Assembly (NCBI GenBank): GCA_014653355.1
Contig: JACWEO010000001.1
Coordinates: 12,912 to 76,911, forward strand
Direction: 5' to 3'
DNA from: Pelagibacterales bacterium SAG-MED47
Lineage (GTDB): Bacteria > Pseudomonadota > Alphaproteobacteria > Pelagibacterales > Pelagibacteraceae
Length of the DNA stretch: 64,000 bases
Positions 36,932-48,509 of this stretch are shown in pieces (within the stretch, counting starts at the first letter, position 1; each line of letters starts with the position of its first letter). The position numbers and the translations under genes were made by a program. Below the pieces are notes generated by a model, which saw nothing but the letters and a program-made list of their open reading frames with translations, made no database searches and was not told the origin of the DNA.

Positions 36932-38851
36932 ATGCCAACTATTACACTACCAGATGGAAACAGCTTAGACTTTCCAAATAAAGTTACTGGAATAGAAGTA
37001 GCTGAAAAAATTAGCAAATCGTTAGCAAAACAAGCATTAATAATGAGCGTAGATGAAGAGTTAAAAGATTTATATTTTTCAATAAATAACGATTGCTCAG
37101 TCAAAATTTTTACAGCAAAAGATCCTGAAGGATTAGAAGTCATAAGACATGACACTGCACATATTATGGCTATGGCTGTTCAAGAATTATACCCAGGTAC
37201 TCAAGTTACAATTGGACCGGTAATAGAAAATGGTTTTTTTTATGATTTTGCTAGAAAAGAACCTTTTACAGAAGATGATCTTAAGAAGATAGAAAAAAGA
37301 ATGTCAGAGATAATTGATAAGGATGTAAAAACAAGAAGAGAAGTTTGGGAAAGAGACAAAGCAATTAAACATTTTAAAAAAATTGGTGAAAAATATAAAG
37401 CTGAAATAATTGAAAGTATTCCAAAAAACGAGGAACTTTCTGTGTATCATCATGGCGATACTTGGCATGATTTGTGTAGAGGCCCACATCTAACCTCTTC
37501 CAGTAAAATTGGTAAAGCCTTCAAATTAACAAAAGTTTCGGGAGCTTACTGGCGTGGTGACTCCAATAATGAGATGCTTCAAAGAATTTATGGTACTAGC
37601 TGGGCATCCCAAAAAGATTTAGATGAATATTTAAAGAGGATAGAAGAAGCAGAAAAAAGAGATCATAGAAAACTTGGTAAGGAAATGAACTTATTTCATT
37701 TTAGAGAAGAAAGCCCCGGCTCTGTCTTTTGGCATGAAAAGGGCTGGTCTTTATTTCAGAAATTAATAAATTATATGCGAGCTAGACAGGATACTGCTGG
37801 ATATAGGGAAGTTAACACCCCCGAGGTATTAGATAGATTGTTGTGGGAAAAATCTGGTCATTGGGAAAAATATGGAGGAAACATGTATACTTCAGAAACT
37901 CCAGATGAAAAAGTTTTTGCAATTAAGCCAATGAATTGTCCAGGCCATATCCAAGTTTTTAATCAAGGTTTAAAAAGCTATAGAGATTTGCCTCTACGGA
38001 TAACAGAGTTTGGAAAAGTTCATCGATATGAGCCATCAGGAGCACTTCATGGGCTTTTAAGAGTAAGAGCCTTTACTCAAGATGATGCTCATATCTTTTG
38101 TACTGAGGATCAAATCACCAGTGAATGTTTAATCGTTACAAATTTAATCTTAGATATTTATAAAGATTTAGGTTTCGAAAATGTAGTTCTAAAATATGCA
38201 GATCGACCAGAGGTGAGAGTTGGTGATGATAAAGTTTGGGATAAAGCTGAAGCTTCATTATTAAAAGCAGTTAAAGCATCAAAATTAGAATATAGCATTA
38301 ATAAAGGCGAAGGTGCTTTTTACGGTCCAAAAATTGAGTTTGTTTTAAGAGATGCAATTGGTAGAGATTGGCAATGTGGAACTTTACAAGTCGATTTCAA
38401 TTTACCTGGAAGATTGGATGCTTCATACATTGATAAAGATGGAACAAAAAAAGTTCCTGTTATGTTACATAGAGCTTTATTTGGTTCTCTTGAAAGATTC
38501 ATTGGAATTTTAATTGAAAATTACGCTGGAAAATTTCCATTTTGGATTTCACCATTACAAACAGTTGTAATACCAATCTCAGAAGACTTTGAAGATTATG
38601 CAGTTAAAGTATCTGAAAAAATTAAATCGGCTGGTATGAGCTCATTAGTAGATTTAAAAAATCATAACTTGAATTATAAAATTAGAGAACATTCTCTTGC
38701 AAAAGTCCCTGTTTTATTAATTTGTGGTAAAAAAGAAGTTGACAGTAACTCAGTAACTATTAGAAGATTGGATACTAATAAACAAGAAAATATGGAACTA
38801 GATAAATTTTTAAAAACATTTTCTGCTTTAAATAAAGTGTCCTCAAAATAA
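36932..38851 (+). CDS. thrS: Threonine-tRNA ligase
   Basis: TGS domain, [37 protein letters not shown]-like ERF. Confidence 0.98.
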   Translation: MPTITLPDGNSLDFPNKVTGIEVAEKISKSLAKQALIMSVDEELKDLYFSINNDCSVKIFTAKDPEGLEVIRHDTAHIMAMAVQELYPGTQVTIGPVIENGFFYDFARKEPFTEDDLKKIEKRMSEIIDKDVKTRREVWERDKAIKHFKKIGEKYKAEIIESIPKNEELSVYHHGDTWHDLCRGPHLTSSSKIGKAFKLTKVSGAYWRGDSNNEMLQRIYGTSWASQKDLDEYLKRIEEAEKRDHRKLGKEMNLFHFREESPGSVFWHEKGWSLFQKLINYMRARQDTAGYREVNTPEVLDRLLWEKSGHWEKYGGNMYTSETPDEKVFAIKPMNCPGHIQVFNQGLKSYRDLPLRITEFGKVHRYEPSGALHGLLRVRAFTQDDAHIFCTEDQITSECLIVTNLILDIYKDLGFENVVLKYADRPEVRVGDDKVWDKAEASLLKAVKASKLEYSINKGEGAFYGPKIEFVLRDAIGRDWQCGTLQVDFNLPGRLDASYIDKDGTKKVPVMLHRALFGSLERFIGILIENYAGKFPFWISPLQTVVIPISEDFEDYAVKVSEKIKSAGMSSLVDLKNHNLNYKIREHSLAKVPVLLICGKKEVDSNSVTIRRLDTNKQENMELDKFLKTFSALNKVSSK

Positions 38852-39397
38852 GTGGCAGATTTTAAACAAAATTATTTTCAAAGAAGAACTAAAGATCGAG
38901 GACCAAGATCTAATAATAGAATTTCATCTCCAGAGGTGCAAGTAATAGCCAGTGATGGTGAAAATCTTGGTGTAATAAACACAAACGAAGCTATCTCCAA
39001 AGCTAAGAGCCAAGGACTTGATTTGATAGAGATTGCTCCAAACGCTAATCCTCCAGTCTGTAAAATTATGGATATGGGAAAATTTAAATATGATGCTCAA
39101 AAAAAAGCTAACTTGGCAAAGAAAAAACAAAAAATTATTGCACTAAAAGAAATAAAAATGAGACCTGTAACTGAGACACATGACTATGAATTTAAAGTTA
39201 AAAATGCAAAAAAATTTATTGCTAAAGGGGATAAAGTAAAATTCACAATAAGATTTAAAGGCCGTGAACTTCAACATTCACATTTAGGTAATGAATTAAT
39301 GACTAAAATCAAAGAGGACATGAAAGATATTGGAAAGGTTGAATTACACCCTAAATTCGATGGTAAGCAAATGATTATGGTCATTCAGCCCTTATAA
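38852..39397 (+). CDS. infC: Translation initiation factor IF-3 (GTG start)
   Basis: LDLIEIAPNANPPVCKIMD, KEIKMRP, GDKVKFTIRFKGRE. Confidence 0.96.
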   Translation: MADFKQNYFQRRTKDRGPRSNNRISSPEVQVIASDGENLGVINTNEAISKAKSQGLDLIEIAPNANPPVCKIMDMGKFKYDAQKKANLAKKKQKIIALKEIKMRPVTETHDYEFKVKNAKKFIAKGDKVKFTIRFKGRELQHSHLGNELMTKIKEDMKDIGKVELHPKFDGKQMIMVIQPL

Positions 39398-39410
39398 GTC
39401 TTAATATAGG

Positions 39411-39439
39411 TTGTAAATTTTCAACATTCTTTGTATAAA
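39411..39439 (+). promoter_or_regulatory. Putative promoter of rpmI-rplT (TTGTAA-17-TATAAA)
   Basis: Hexamers at 39411-39416 and 39434-39439; 11 nt before the ATG, with no SD. Confidence 0.55.
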
Positions 39440-39450
39440 CTCGCTCAATT

Positions 39451-39657
39451 ATGCCAAAACTTAAAACAAAAAGCTCAGCTAAAAAAAGATTTAAAATATC
39501 AGCTAAGGGTAAAGTTATGATGGCTCAAGCTGGGAAAAGACATGGTATGATTAAAAGAACAAATTCGCAAATTAGGAAATTGAGAGGCACAACTACGATG
39601 TCAAAACAAGATGGAAAAATTGTAAAATCGTATATGCCATATAGTTTAAGAGGTTAA
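39451..39657 (+). CDS. rpmI: 50S ribosomal protein L35
   Basis: [15 protein letters not shown]...AGKRH signature. Confidence 0.97.
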   Translation: MPKLKTKSSAKKRFKISAKGKVMMAQAGKRHGMIKRTNSQIRKLRGTTTMSKQDGKIVKSYMPYSLRG

Positions 39658-39658
39658 A

Positions 39659-40015
39659 ATGGCAAGAGTAAAAAGAGGTGTTACAAGTCGAGCAAAACAC
39701 AAAAAAGTTCTAAAATCCGTAAAAGGTCAGTGGGGCCGAAGGAAAAATACAATTAGAGTTGCAAAGCAGGCGATGGAAAAAGCTATGCAATATGCTTATA
39801 GAGATCGTAGAAATAAAAAAAGAGATTTTAAATCTCTTTGGATACAAAGAATAAACGCGGGTGTACGATCTGAAGGATTGACATATTCTAAGTTTATTAA
39901 TGGTTTAAATAAATGTGGGATAAAGATTGATAGAAAAATTCTAGCTGAGATAGCGTATGATAGCCCAGAAGCCTTTAAAAATATTGTCCAAAAAGCACAA
40001 TCTGCTTTAAATTAA
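39659..40015 (+). CDS. rplT: 50S ribosomal protein L20
   Basis: MARVKRGV...[24 protein letters not shown]. Confidence 0.98.
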   Translation: MARVKRGVTSRAKHKKVLKSVKGQWGRRKNTIRVAKQAMEKAMQYAYRDRRNKKRDFKSLWIQRINAGVRSEGLTYSKFINGLNKCGIKIDRKILAEIAYDSPEAFKNIVQKAQSALN

Positions 40016-40058
40016 TCTTCACTATTGTTTTATTTCGCTGAAGAAATAATCTGTAAAA

Positions 40059-41126
40059 ATGTCTGAACTAAAAAAAATAAAAGATGAATTTCTCTCAAAA
40101 CTTAAAGAGAGTTCAGATCTTTCTGAAATAAACAAAATCAAATCAGAACTATTTGGTAAAAATGGTCTAATTTCATTACAGTTTAAAAAAATTGGAATAA
40201 TTGCTGAGTCAGAAAGAAAACAATTTGCATCAGATTTAAATGTTATTAAAGATGAACTACAGAATTTGATCAATTTAAAAATAGATAAAGTCGAAAATTT
40301 AGAAATAAATAAAAAATTAGAGAAAGAAAAAGTCGATATAACTTTACCTGAGAGATCATTTGTTAGAGGGAAAATTCATCCAGTTTCACAAACAATTGAT
40401 GAAATATCATCTATTTTTTCTGAAATAGGTTTTAGTGTTGAGGAGGGCCCAGATGTAGAAAATGAATATAATAATTTTACAGCGTTAAATACACCAGACA
40501 ATCACCCAGCTAGAGATATGCATGATACTTTCTATTTAGATGAAAAGAAGCAAATACTTTTACGCACACATACTTCACCAGTTCAAATTAGAACTATGCT
40601 TAAAGATAAACCACCCTTCAAGATTATTGCGCCTGGAAGAACTTATAGGTCGGACAGTGATCAAACTCATGCGCCCATGTTTCATCAAGTAGAAGGTCTT
40701 CATATAGATAAAAATATTAATATGGGTCATCTAAAAGGATGTCTTAATTATTTTATAAAAGAATTTTTTGAAGTAGATAAAATTAAAATGAGGTTTAGAC
40801 CAAGCCATTTTCCTTTCACAGAACCATCTGCAGAAGTTGACATAGGTTATGAAATGAAAGATGGAAAAATAATTGTGGGTGAAGGTGATAAGTGGTTAGA
40901 AATTTTAGGATGTGGAATGGTACATCCAAACGTTCTTAAAAATGTAAAAATAAACCCTAAAAACTTTCAAGGGTATGCATTTGGCATCGGAATAGATAGA
41001 TTGGCTATGTTAAAATATGGGATTAATGATCTGAGATCTTTCTTTGATTGCGATTATAGATGGTTAAATCACTTTGGATTTGATCCTTTGGATGTTCCAA
41101 CCAATTATAGAGGTCTAAGTAGATGA
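40059..41126 (+). CDS. pheS: Phenylalanine-tRNA ligase alpha subunit
   Basis: [43 protein letters not shown]. Confidence 0.98.
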   Translation: MSELKKIKDEFLSKLKESSDLSEINKIKSELFGKNGLISLQFKKIGIIAESERKQFASDLNVIKDELQNLINLKIDKVENLEINKKLEKEKVDITLPERSFVRGKIHPVSQTIDEISSIFSEIGFSVEEGPDVENEYNNFTALNTPDNHPARDMHDTFYLDEKKQILLRTHTSPVQIRTMLKDKPPFKIIAPGRTYRSDSDQTHAPMFHQVEGLHIDKNINMGHLKGCLNYFIKEFFEVDKIKMRFRPSHFPFTEPSAEVDIGYEMKDGKIIVGEGDKWLEILGCGMVHPNVLKNVKINPKNFQGYAFGIGIDRLAMLKYGINDLRSFFDCDYRWLNHFGFDPLDVPTNYRGLSR

Positions 41127-43528
41127 AAATTACATTTGATTGGTTAAAAGATCATCTAAAAACTAACTTGAAAGAAAAAAATCTTTTAGAACAATTAACT
41201 AATATAGGATTAGAGGTTGAGAGTTTAGGAGACATTACCAGTGATAATGTGTCATTTAAAATAGCAAAAATTATTAAAACCGAAGAACACCCAAATGCAG
41301 ATCGACTTAAAGTTTGTGAGGTTTATGTTGGAGATAAAGAGACTAAAAAAGTTGTATGTGGAGCAGCTAATGCACGAGAGGGATTAATTACAGTATATGC
41401 ACCTCCTGGTGCAGTTATTCCTAAGTCTAAAACAAAGTTAGTAGCTGCCAAAATTAGAGGAGTCACTTCTTATGGAATGCTTTGTTCTGAGTCGGAGCTA
41501 AATTTATCTGATGAAAGTGATGGAATAATTGAATTATCAACAAAATACAAAAAAAATATTGGTAAGAGTTATTTTTCTAAATCAAAATCTACTCTAATTG
41601 ATTTATCGATAACACCAAATAGGCCAGATTGTTTGGGAGTTAGAGGAATAGCCAGAGATCTTGCTGCTTCAGGTTTTGGCAAATTAATAGATCTAAAAGA
41701 AAAAAAAATTAAATCAAAAATGAAACAGACCCTAAAAGTTCAAATAAATAGAGAAAAGAATCAAGGTTGTAGTATTTTTGGAAGTTGTTTAATTAAAAAT
41801 GTAAAGAATACAGAGAGTCCTAAGTGGCTTAAAGATAAATTAATTTCAGTTGGCCAAAAACCAATCTCGGCAATAGTTGATATTACAAATTACGTAATGC
41901 TAGATACTAATCGTCCATTACATGCGTATGATGCTGATAAAATAGAAAAAGGCATCGTAGTTCGAAACTCTAAATCTGGAGAGAAATTTACAGCTCTAGA
42001 TAATAAAAATTATAAACTAGAAAACGGTATGTGTGTGATCTGTGATGATAAAGGTGTCTTGGGATTGGGCGGTATTATTGGAGGAATAAGATCGGGTACA
42101 GAATTTGATACAAAAAATATATTATTAGAGTCAGCTCATTTTGAACCAGGCTTAATAAGAAATACAGCAAAAAAATTAAATCTTGATACAGATGCAAAAT
42201 TCAGATTTGAAAGAGGAGTTGATCCATTATCAATTGAAAATGGGTTGAATAAGGCTGGACAATTAATTAAAGAAATTTGTGGGGGTGAGATTAGTAAAAT
42301 AGACATTCAAAAAATTGGAAAATATAAAACTAGGAATATTATATTCCATTTAGAACTTTTCGAAAAAATATCTGGTTTTAAAATTTCTACAAAAAAAATG
42401 ATTAAAATTTTGGATGATCTTGGTTTTAAATCTAAAAAGAATAAAAAGAATTTAAGATTAACCATTCCATCATGGAGACCAGATATTTTGCAAGAAGTAG
42501 ATATTGTTGAAGAATTAGTAAGAATAAGTGGTTATGATAATATTAAAACTATAGATCCAATAAAAAAAAGAAAAAAATCTACTTTAAGTAAATCTCAAAA
42601 ATTATTTCATTTTTTACAAAGGTCTATTGCATCAAAAGGTTATTTTGAAGCAATCACCTGGTCTTTTACAGACTCAAATTATAATGATTATTTTAAAGAT
42701 TTAAAAAAAGAAATTAAAATTGTAAACCCTTTAAGTTCTGATTTAGGTGTTTTAAGAAATTCTATATACTCAAATTTGATTATGTACATGAATAAAAATC
42801 TTGATAGAGGCTTTAAAGATTTATCATTATTTGAAATAGGCCCAATTTTTACAGGTTCAAATCCAGGTGATCAAAATACAGTAGTTTGTGGTTTATCAGC
42901 AGGAAAAAAATCTAGATTATCTTGGATTGAAAAAGAGAGAAATGTAGATGTATTTGATGTTAAAAGAGATGTAGTTCAAACATTAATTGAAGTAGGTTAT
43001 AATTCTAATAAATTTTTTATAGATAATGTAACCCCTAATTATTATCATCCTGGAAAATCAGGTAGATTATTCTTACATAAAGGAGATGAACAAGTAGCTG
43101 CATATTTTGGTGAGATTCATCCTAATATTACAAAGAAAATTGATATTAAAACAGAGTCTCTAGTTGGTTTTGAAATTTTTATCGATAATTTAAAGTTTTC
43201 TAAAAAAACTTTAAAAGATCAGAAATCAAAATTTACTTTTTCAGATTATCAAAAATCTGAAAGAGATTTTGCATTTATTGTTAATAAGGACGTAAATGCT
43301 CAAGATTTAATAAATGCTGTATCAAGTGTACACTTAAGTTTATTAAGTAATATTAAAGTTTTTGATGTTTATGAGGGAGACAATATTCCTGAAAACAAAA
43401 AATCTATAGCTATAAGTATAACAATTCAGTCGTTTGAAAAAACATTAAACGATAATGACTTAGAAAGTATTAATAATTTGATAATTAAGACAGTTGAAAA
43501 CAAAACTGGTGCTAAAATTCGTTCCTAA
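41123..43528 (+). CDS. pheT: Phenylalanine-tRNA ligase beta subunit
   Basis: [42 protein letters not shown]. Confidence 0.97.
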   Translation: MKITFDWLKDHLKTNLKEKNLLEQLTNIGLEVESLGDITSDNVSFKIAKIIKTEEHPNADRLKVCEVYVGDKETKKVVCGAANAREGLITVYAPPGAVIPKSKTKLVAAKIRGVTSYGMLCSESELNLSDESDGIIELSTKYKKNIGKSYFSKSKSTLIDLSITPNRPDCLGVRGIARDLAASGFGKLIDLKEKKIKSKMKQTLKVQINREKNQGCSIFGSCLIKNVKNTESPKWLKDKLISVGQKPISAIVDITNYVMLDTNRPLHAYDADKIEKGIVVRNSKSGEKFTALDNKNYKLENGMCVICDDKGVLGLGGIIGGIRSGTEFDTKNILLESAHFEPGLIRNTAKKLNLDTDAKFRFERGVDPLSIENGLNKAGQLIKEICGGEISKIDIQKIGKYKTRNIIFHLELFEKISGFKISTKKMIKILDDLGFKSKKNKKNLRLTIPSWRPDILQEVDIVEELVRISGYDNIKTIDPIKKRKKSTLSKSQKLFHFLQRSIASKGYFEAITWSFTDSNYNDYFKDLKKEIKIVNPLSSDLGVLRNSIYSNLIMYMNKNLDRGFKDLSLFEIGPIFTGSNPGDQNTVVCGLSAGKKSRLSWIEKERNVDVFDVKRDVVQTLIEVGYNSNKFFIDNVTPNYYHPGKSGRLFLHKGDEQVAAYFGEIHPNITKKIDIKTESLVGFEIFIDNLKFSKKTLKDQKSKFTFSDYQKSERDFAFIVNKDVNAQDLINAVSSVHLSLLSNIKVFDVYEGDNIPENKKSIAISITIQSFEKTLNDNDLESINNLIIKTVENKTGAKIRS

Positions 43529-43535
43529 AAATTAA

Positions 43536-45344
43536 ATGAACACTATTGATAACATAAGAAACTTTGCAATTATTGCACATATTGACCATGGTAAATCTAC
43601 AATTGCCGATAGGATAATTCATAAATGTGGTGGTTTAACTGAAAGAGAGATGAAAGCACAGGTTTTAGACTCAATGGATATTGAAAGAGAAAGGGGCATA
43701 ACTATAAAAGCTCAAACAGTAAAACTAAATTATAAAGCTAAAAATGGAAAAGACTATATTTTGAATATAATAGATACACCGGGACATGTTGATTTTAGTT
43801 ATGAAGTGAGTCGGTCTCTTTATGCATGTGAGGGATCAATATTAATTGTGGATAGTACGCAAGGTGTTGAAGCTCAAACATTGGCTAATGTTTATCAAGC
43901 ACTAGACATCGATCATGAAATCATCCCAGTATTAAATAAGATAGATTTACCAGCTTCAGATTTAGACAGAACAAATAAACAAATAGAGGAAGTAATTGGA
44001 ATAGACACAGAAAATGCAATTCCATGCTCAGGAAAAACTGGTGAGGGGATAGAGGAAATTTTAGAGCAAATTATAAATCAGTTGCCTGGTCCAGAGGGTA
44101 ATCCAAAAGAGGATCTAAAATGTTTATTGGTTGATAGTTGGTATGATACTTATCTTGGGGTAGTAATTTTAGTTAGAGTGATCAATGGCAAAATAATTAA
44201 AAATATGAAAATTAAAATGATCTCTACTGATCAAGATTATATTGTTGAAAAAGTTGGAGTTTTTACTCCAAAGGCTAAAGATATAAATGAATTGAATTCT
44301 GGTGAGATCGGTTTTATTACAACAGGTATTAAAGTTTTGTCAGAAACTAAGGTAGGTGATACAATTTGTGACGCATCAAAGCCAAAATTAAATCCCTTAC
44401 CAGGATTTAAACCTAGTAACCCAGTAGTTTTTTGTGGACTGTTTCCAGTTGACAGCTCTGAATATCAAAAATTGAAAGATGGGTTAGCTAAATTACAATT
44501 AAATGATGCTAGTTTTTCATTTGAGGCTGAGTCCTCTACAGCCTTGGGACTAGGTTTTAGGTGTGGATTTTTGGGATTACTACATCTTGAAATTACTACT
44601 GAAAGATTAGAAAGGGAGTTTGATGTAAATTTACTCACAACAACACCAGGTGTTGTTTATAAAGTAAGTCTAAATAATGGAGGTGTTGTTGATTTACAAA
44701 ATCCATCAAGTCTTCCAGATCCAACTTCAATAAATTATATTGAAGAACCATGGATTAAAGCAACAATAATAACACCAGATGAATATTTGGGATCCATAAT
44801 TAAATTATGTCAGGATAAAAGGGGAATTCAAAAAGATTTAAATTATTCAGGTAACAGAGCAGTTATAAGCTATGAACTTCCATTGAATGAAGTTGTTTTT
44901 GATTTTAATGATCGTATCAAATCAATGACAAGTGGCTACGCAAGCTTTGATTATGAAATAATAGAACATAGAGAGGGAGATTTAGTTAAACTTGGGATAT
45001 TAGTTAATAGTGAACCAGTTGACGCTCTAGCAATGATGATACACAAAGATTTTGCCCAAAAGACTGGCAGAGAAGTATGTGAGAAATTAAAAGATCTAAT
45101 ACCTAGACATAATTTTATGATACCAGTGCAAGCAGCTATTGGGGGTAAAATTATTGCAAGAGAAACAATTAAAGGTTTTAAAAAAGATGTACTAACTAAA
45201 ATTCATGGTGGAGGAGCTACAGATAGAAAAAGAAAATTACTTGAAAAACAAAAAAAGGGGAAGGTGAGATCTAAACAATTTGGAAGAGTAGAAATTCCCC
45301 AAGAAGCATTTATTGGCGTATTAAAGATTAATAAAGAAAAGTAA
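43536..45344 (+). CDS. lepA: Elongation factor 4 (LepA)
   Basis: [53 protein letters not shown]. Confidence 0.98.
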   Translation: MNTIDNIRNFAIIAHIDHGKSTIADRIIHKCGGLTEREMKAQVLDSMDIERERGITIKAQTVKLNYKAKNGKDYILNIIDTPGHVDFSYEVSRSLYACEGSILIVDSTQGVEAQTLANVYQALDIDHEIIPVLNKIDLPASDLDRTNKQIEEVIGIDTENAIPCSGKTGEGIEEILEQIINQLPGPEGNPKEDLKCLLVDSWYDTYLGVVILVRVINGKIIKNMKIKMISTDQDYIVEKVGVFTPKAKDINELNSGEIGFITTGIKVLSETKVGDTICDASKPKLNPLPGFKPSNPVVFCGLFPVDSSEYQKLKDGLAKLQLNDASFSFEAESSTALGLGFRCGFLGLLHLEITTERLEREFDVNLLTTTPGVVYKVSLNNGGVVDLQNPSSLPDPTSINYIEEPWIKATIITPDEYLGSIIKLCQDKRGIQKDLNYSGNRAVISYELPLNEVVFDFNDRIKSMTSGYASFDYEIIEHREGDLVKLGILVNSEPVDALAMMIHKDFAQKTGREVCEKLKDLIPRHNFMIPVQAAIGGKIIARETIKGFKKDVLTKIHGGGATDRKRKLLEKQKKGKVRSKQFGRVEIPQEAFIGVLKINKEK

Positions 45345-46223
45345 CTATTTTAAATTTTTCAAAATATTTGAAGTAATATTTTTTGGGGAAACTATGTCTG
45401 AATTAAAAAACTTTACCTTATTATAAATAGTTTTGCTTGATTTATTTGTATGTTTTGGATAATAAATGCTCATTACTTTTTTTTTAAGTGCAGCACCTAT
45501 ACAGATTGGTCCAGATTCATTTCCAATAATATATGAACACGTGTTCATCAGATTGATAATTTGATTAAACTTTATTGAATAAGTAAACATGATTTTTCTA
45601 ATGTCTTTAAATGACTTTAATATATCTTTGAATGCTTCAACTTTAGATGGATCAAAATTTACGTAAATTCTTTTAAATTTCTTTTTTCTTAATATTTTTT
45701 TAATTAATCTAATATAATAAGCCTGGCTCCAATCATTTGAATCGTGCCTGGAGTCAATACTGATGAAAATATTTTTATTTAGTATTTTACTTGATTTGAA
45801 TTTTAAAAAATAATTATTTATAAATTTAATGTCTCCTATTTCTACTTTTGATTGTTTAATAATATATTTTGACAAATCTCTAGTTTTATCTTTTTTAAAA
45901 TATATCTTATTTTTTGCATTTGAAAAAATTAATGGAATAATCAATCTTTTTGTTGGAGCAGTTAAAATACAAATATCACAATTAAAGGAATTAATTTTTT
46001 TAAAAAAAATAAAAGAATTTTTAATTTGATTTTCTCGTTGAAAACTTATGTATTCAATTTTTTTTATTGACGGTTCATTTTTTAGCAAATCTTTTGCCTT
46101 ATTCACTCTGTTAGTGAGAACATTTATATTTGCTTTATATTTTTGACTTAAACCTCTTATTAAAGGTACATGAAAAATCAAATCACCAATGCCTCGATAG
46201 GGTATTACTAAAACAATTCTCAT
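45345..46223 (-). CDS. Glycosyltransferase family 9 (heptosyltransferase-like)
   Basis: RGIGDLIFHVP and IGNESGPICIGAA resemble the GT9 xIGD...P and GNDSGPxHxAAA motifs. Confidence 0.75.
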   Translation of the reverse strand: MRIVLVIPYRGIGDLIFHVPLIRGLSQKYKANINVLTNRVNKAKDLLKNEPSIKKIEYISFQRENQIKNSFIFFKKINSFNCDICILTAPTKRLIIPLIFSNAKNKIYFKKDKTRDLSKYIIKQSKVEIGDIKFINNYFLKFKSSKILNKNIFISIDSRHDSNDWSQAYYIRLIKKILRKKKFKRIYVNFDPSKVEAFKDILKSFKDIRKIMFTYSIKFNQIINLMNTCSYIIGNESGPICIGAALKKKVMSIYYPKHTNKSSKTIYNKVKFFNSDIVSPKNITSNILKNLK

Positions 46224-46304
46224 ATAAATAATTTATGATGTAATTTTTGACTTTAGGATAAAATAACAATAAAAAGGTCAAAATAAACGTAAAAATCAAT
46301 TAAA

Positions 46305-47327
46305 ATGAAAAAGGTATTAATTACTGGGGGAGCAGGCTTCATAGCTCACCACATTATAGCCCATATTATTAAAAATACTGATTGGGAGATAGTCACTATT
46401 GATAGATTAGATATCTCTGGAAATTTAAATAGGTTAAATGAAATTCTGAATCAGTTTTCTGATAAAGATAAAAAAAGATTAAAAATAGTATTTCATGACT
46501 TAAAAGCAGAAATTAATTCTCAAATCGAGTCTGCCATTGGAATACCAGATATAATATTGCATTTGGCAGCAGCCAGTCACGTTGATAGATCAATCTCTTT
46601 TCCAATGGAATTCGTTCAAGATAATGTTGTAGGGACTGTAAATTTATTAGATTTTGCAAGAAGACAGAAAAAATTAGAGAAATTTGTTTATTTTTCTACT
46701 GATGAGATATTTGGTAATGCTCCTGAAGGAGTATCTTACAGCGAATATGATAGATACAACTCTACCAATCCTTATAGTGCAAGCAAAGCCTCGGCAGAGG
46801 AATTTTGTGTTGCCTACGAAAATACTTATAAATTACCTATTTATATCACTCACACAATGAATGTTTTTGGAGAAAGACAGCATCCAGAAAAATTTATACC
46901 CATGACAATTCAAAGAGTAAGAGATCAACAGAAAGTATTAATTCATGCAAATGAGGAAAAAACTCAAGCGGGTAGTAGACATTATATTCATGCTCAAGAT
47001 GTAGCTGATGGTTTAATGTTTATATTAAATTTAAATAACTACGTTCATAGAGGAGATTTTGGTAACGCTAAATGTCCTAAATTCAATTTAGTAGGCCCTG
47101 AAGAAATTGATAATCTTACTTTAGCTCAAATCATCGCCAAAGTTCAAAAAAAAGAATTGATATACGAATTAATTGATAATCATACATCCCGTCCAGGACA
47201 TGATTTAAGATATTCTCTAAGTCCAAAATTATTAAAATCACTTGGGTGGGAACCAAAAATAAAGCTAAGTAAAAGAATAGAAGAAGTAGTTGAATGGAGT
47301 TTAAAAAATAAACGTTGGCTTTCATAA
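46305..47327 (+). CDS. NDP-sugar 4,6-dehydratase (dTDP-glucose 4,6-dehydratase-like, extended SDR)
   Basis: ITGGAGFI, HLAAASHVDRSI, STDEIFG, YSASK, QHPEKFIP, RPGHDLRY. Confidence 0.88.
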   Translation: MKKVLITGGAGFIAHHIIAHIIKNTDWEIVTIDRLDISGNLNRLNEILNQFSDKDKKRLKIVFHDLKAEINSQIESAIGIPDIILHLAAASHVDRSISFPMEFVQDNVVGTVNLLDFARRQKKLEKFVYFSTDEIFGNAPEGVSYSEYDRYNSTNPYSASKASAEEFCVAYENTYKLPIYITHTMNVFGERQHPEKFIPMTIQRVRDQQKVLIHANEEKTQAGSRHYIHAQDVADGLMFILNLNNYVHRGDFGNAKCPKFNLVGPEEIDNLTLAQIIAKVQKKELIYELIDNHTSRPGHDLRYSLSPKLLKSLGWEPKIKLSKRIEEVVEWSLKNKRWLS

Positions 47328-48508
47328 AAATAAATAATTGTTTAGCTTGTGGATCTAATAAATTGAGAAATGTACTCAATTTAAATAAACAACCTTTAGC
47401 TAATTCATATTTAAAAAACTTAAAAACTGAAGAAAAAAAGTATGAGTTAAAAGTTAATGCATGTCTTAATTGTTCTCATCTTCAATTGTCTATTGCAGTA
47501 GACCCAAAAAAAATTTACAAAAACTATGATTATCTAAGTGGGACTACGAAGACTTATTTAAACTACATGGAAGAATTTTATAATTTTTGTATTAAAAAAT
47601 CCTCTAAGTTTGTTTTTAAAAATATTCTCGATATAGGATGTAATGATGGTTCACAATTAGATGTATTTAAAAGAAATAATTTCAAAACGTTTGGTATTGA
47701 TCCAGCAAAAAATATTTTTAAGATTTCTTCAAAAAAACATAAGATATATTGTGATTTTTTTAACAAAAAAATTGTAAAAAAAATTAATAAAAAATTTGAT
47801 TTGATCATCTTTCAAAATTCTTTTGCTCATAATCCAAACCCCTATAATTTATTACTTGATATAAAAAAACTTATGCATGATAAAAGCACTTTAATAATTC
47901 AGACTAGCCAAGCAGATATGTGTAAAAATAAAGAATTTGATACAGTATATCATGAGCATATAAATTTTTTTAATATAAATAGTATGAATCAACTTACTAA
48001 AAGAGCCAAACTAACATTACATGATGTCGTAAAGAAATCTATACATGGAACCAGTTATCTATTTGTTATAAAACCCAGTGCAAGTTCCAACAAAATAAAA
48101 AAACTTCTTATAAATGAGTCTTATTTGAATTATTCATTTTATAAAAAATGGGGAAATTACTGTTCTGTAAATATTAAAAAAATTCAAAAAAAAATAAAAG
48201 AGATTAAGAAAAAAGAAATTATTATTGGGTATGGAGCAGCAGCTAAAGCTAATACATTTTTAAATTTTTCAAAAATTAATTTAGACTTCGTTATTGATGA
48301 TAATAAATTTAAACAAAATAAATATTGTCCTGGAAGCAAAATACCAATTAAATCAGGGAATTTATTAAAAAAGATAAATAACGATTTATATATATTGCCT
48401 TTAGCTTGGAATTTTTACAATGAAATAAAGGCTAGAGTAAAAAAATTAAGACCAAAAAAAAATGATAAATTTATATTATGTTTTCCTCATTTTAAAATTG
48501 AAAAGTAA
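47315..48508 (+). CDS. NDP-sugar C-methyltransferase family (Zn-binding N-terminal domain + SAM domain); TTG start
   Basis: CLACGS and CLNCSHLQL Cys pairs, LDIGCNDG, YHEHINFF, GYGAAAKANT. Confidence 0.82.
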   Translation: MAFIKINNCLACGSNKLRNVLNLNKQPLANSYLKNLKTEEKKYELKVNACLNCSHLQLSIAVDPKKIYKNYDYLSGTTKTYLNYMEEFYNFCIKKSSKFVFKNILDIGCNDGSQLDVFKRNNFKTFGIDPAKNIFKISSKKHKIYCDFFNKKIVKKINKKFDLIIFQNSFAHNPNPYNLLLDIKKLMHDKSTLIIQTSQADMCKNKEFDTVYHEHINFFNINSMNQLTKRAKLTLHDVVKKSIHGTSYLFVIKPSASSNKIKKLLINESYLNYSFYKKWGNYCSVNIKKIQKKIKEIKKKEIIIGYGAAAKANTFLNFSKINLDFVIDDNKFKQNKYCPGSKIPIKSGNLLKKINNDLYILPLAWNFYNEIKARVKKLRPKKNDKFILCFPHFKIEK

Positions 48509-48509
48509 A

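Noticed and set aside
399-47808. Short ORFs in the track nested in or antisense to core genes (e.g. 399-629, 1840-2157, 2084-2326, 7570-7773, 11206-11418, 13466-13699, 14280-14486, 15223-15420, 17152-17355, 22949-23149, 30145-30414, 31506-32024, 33876-34070, 35394-35657, 36928-37155, 37304-37489, 38320-38502, 38924-39130, 40022-40273, 45829-46029, 47131-47808, and 54722-55258 beyond this span)
   Set aside because: They overlap well-supported genes almost entirely, show no recognisable motifs and are typical shadow frames.
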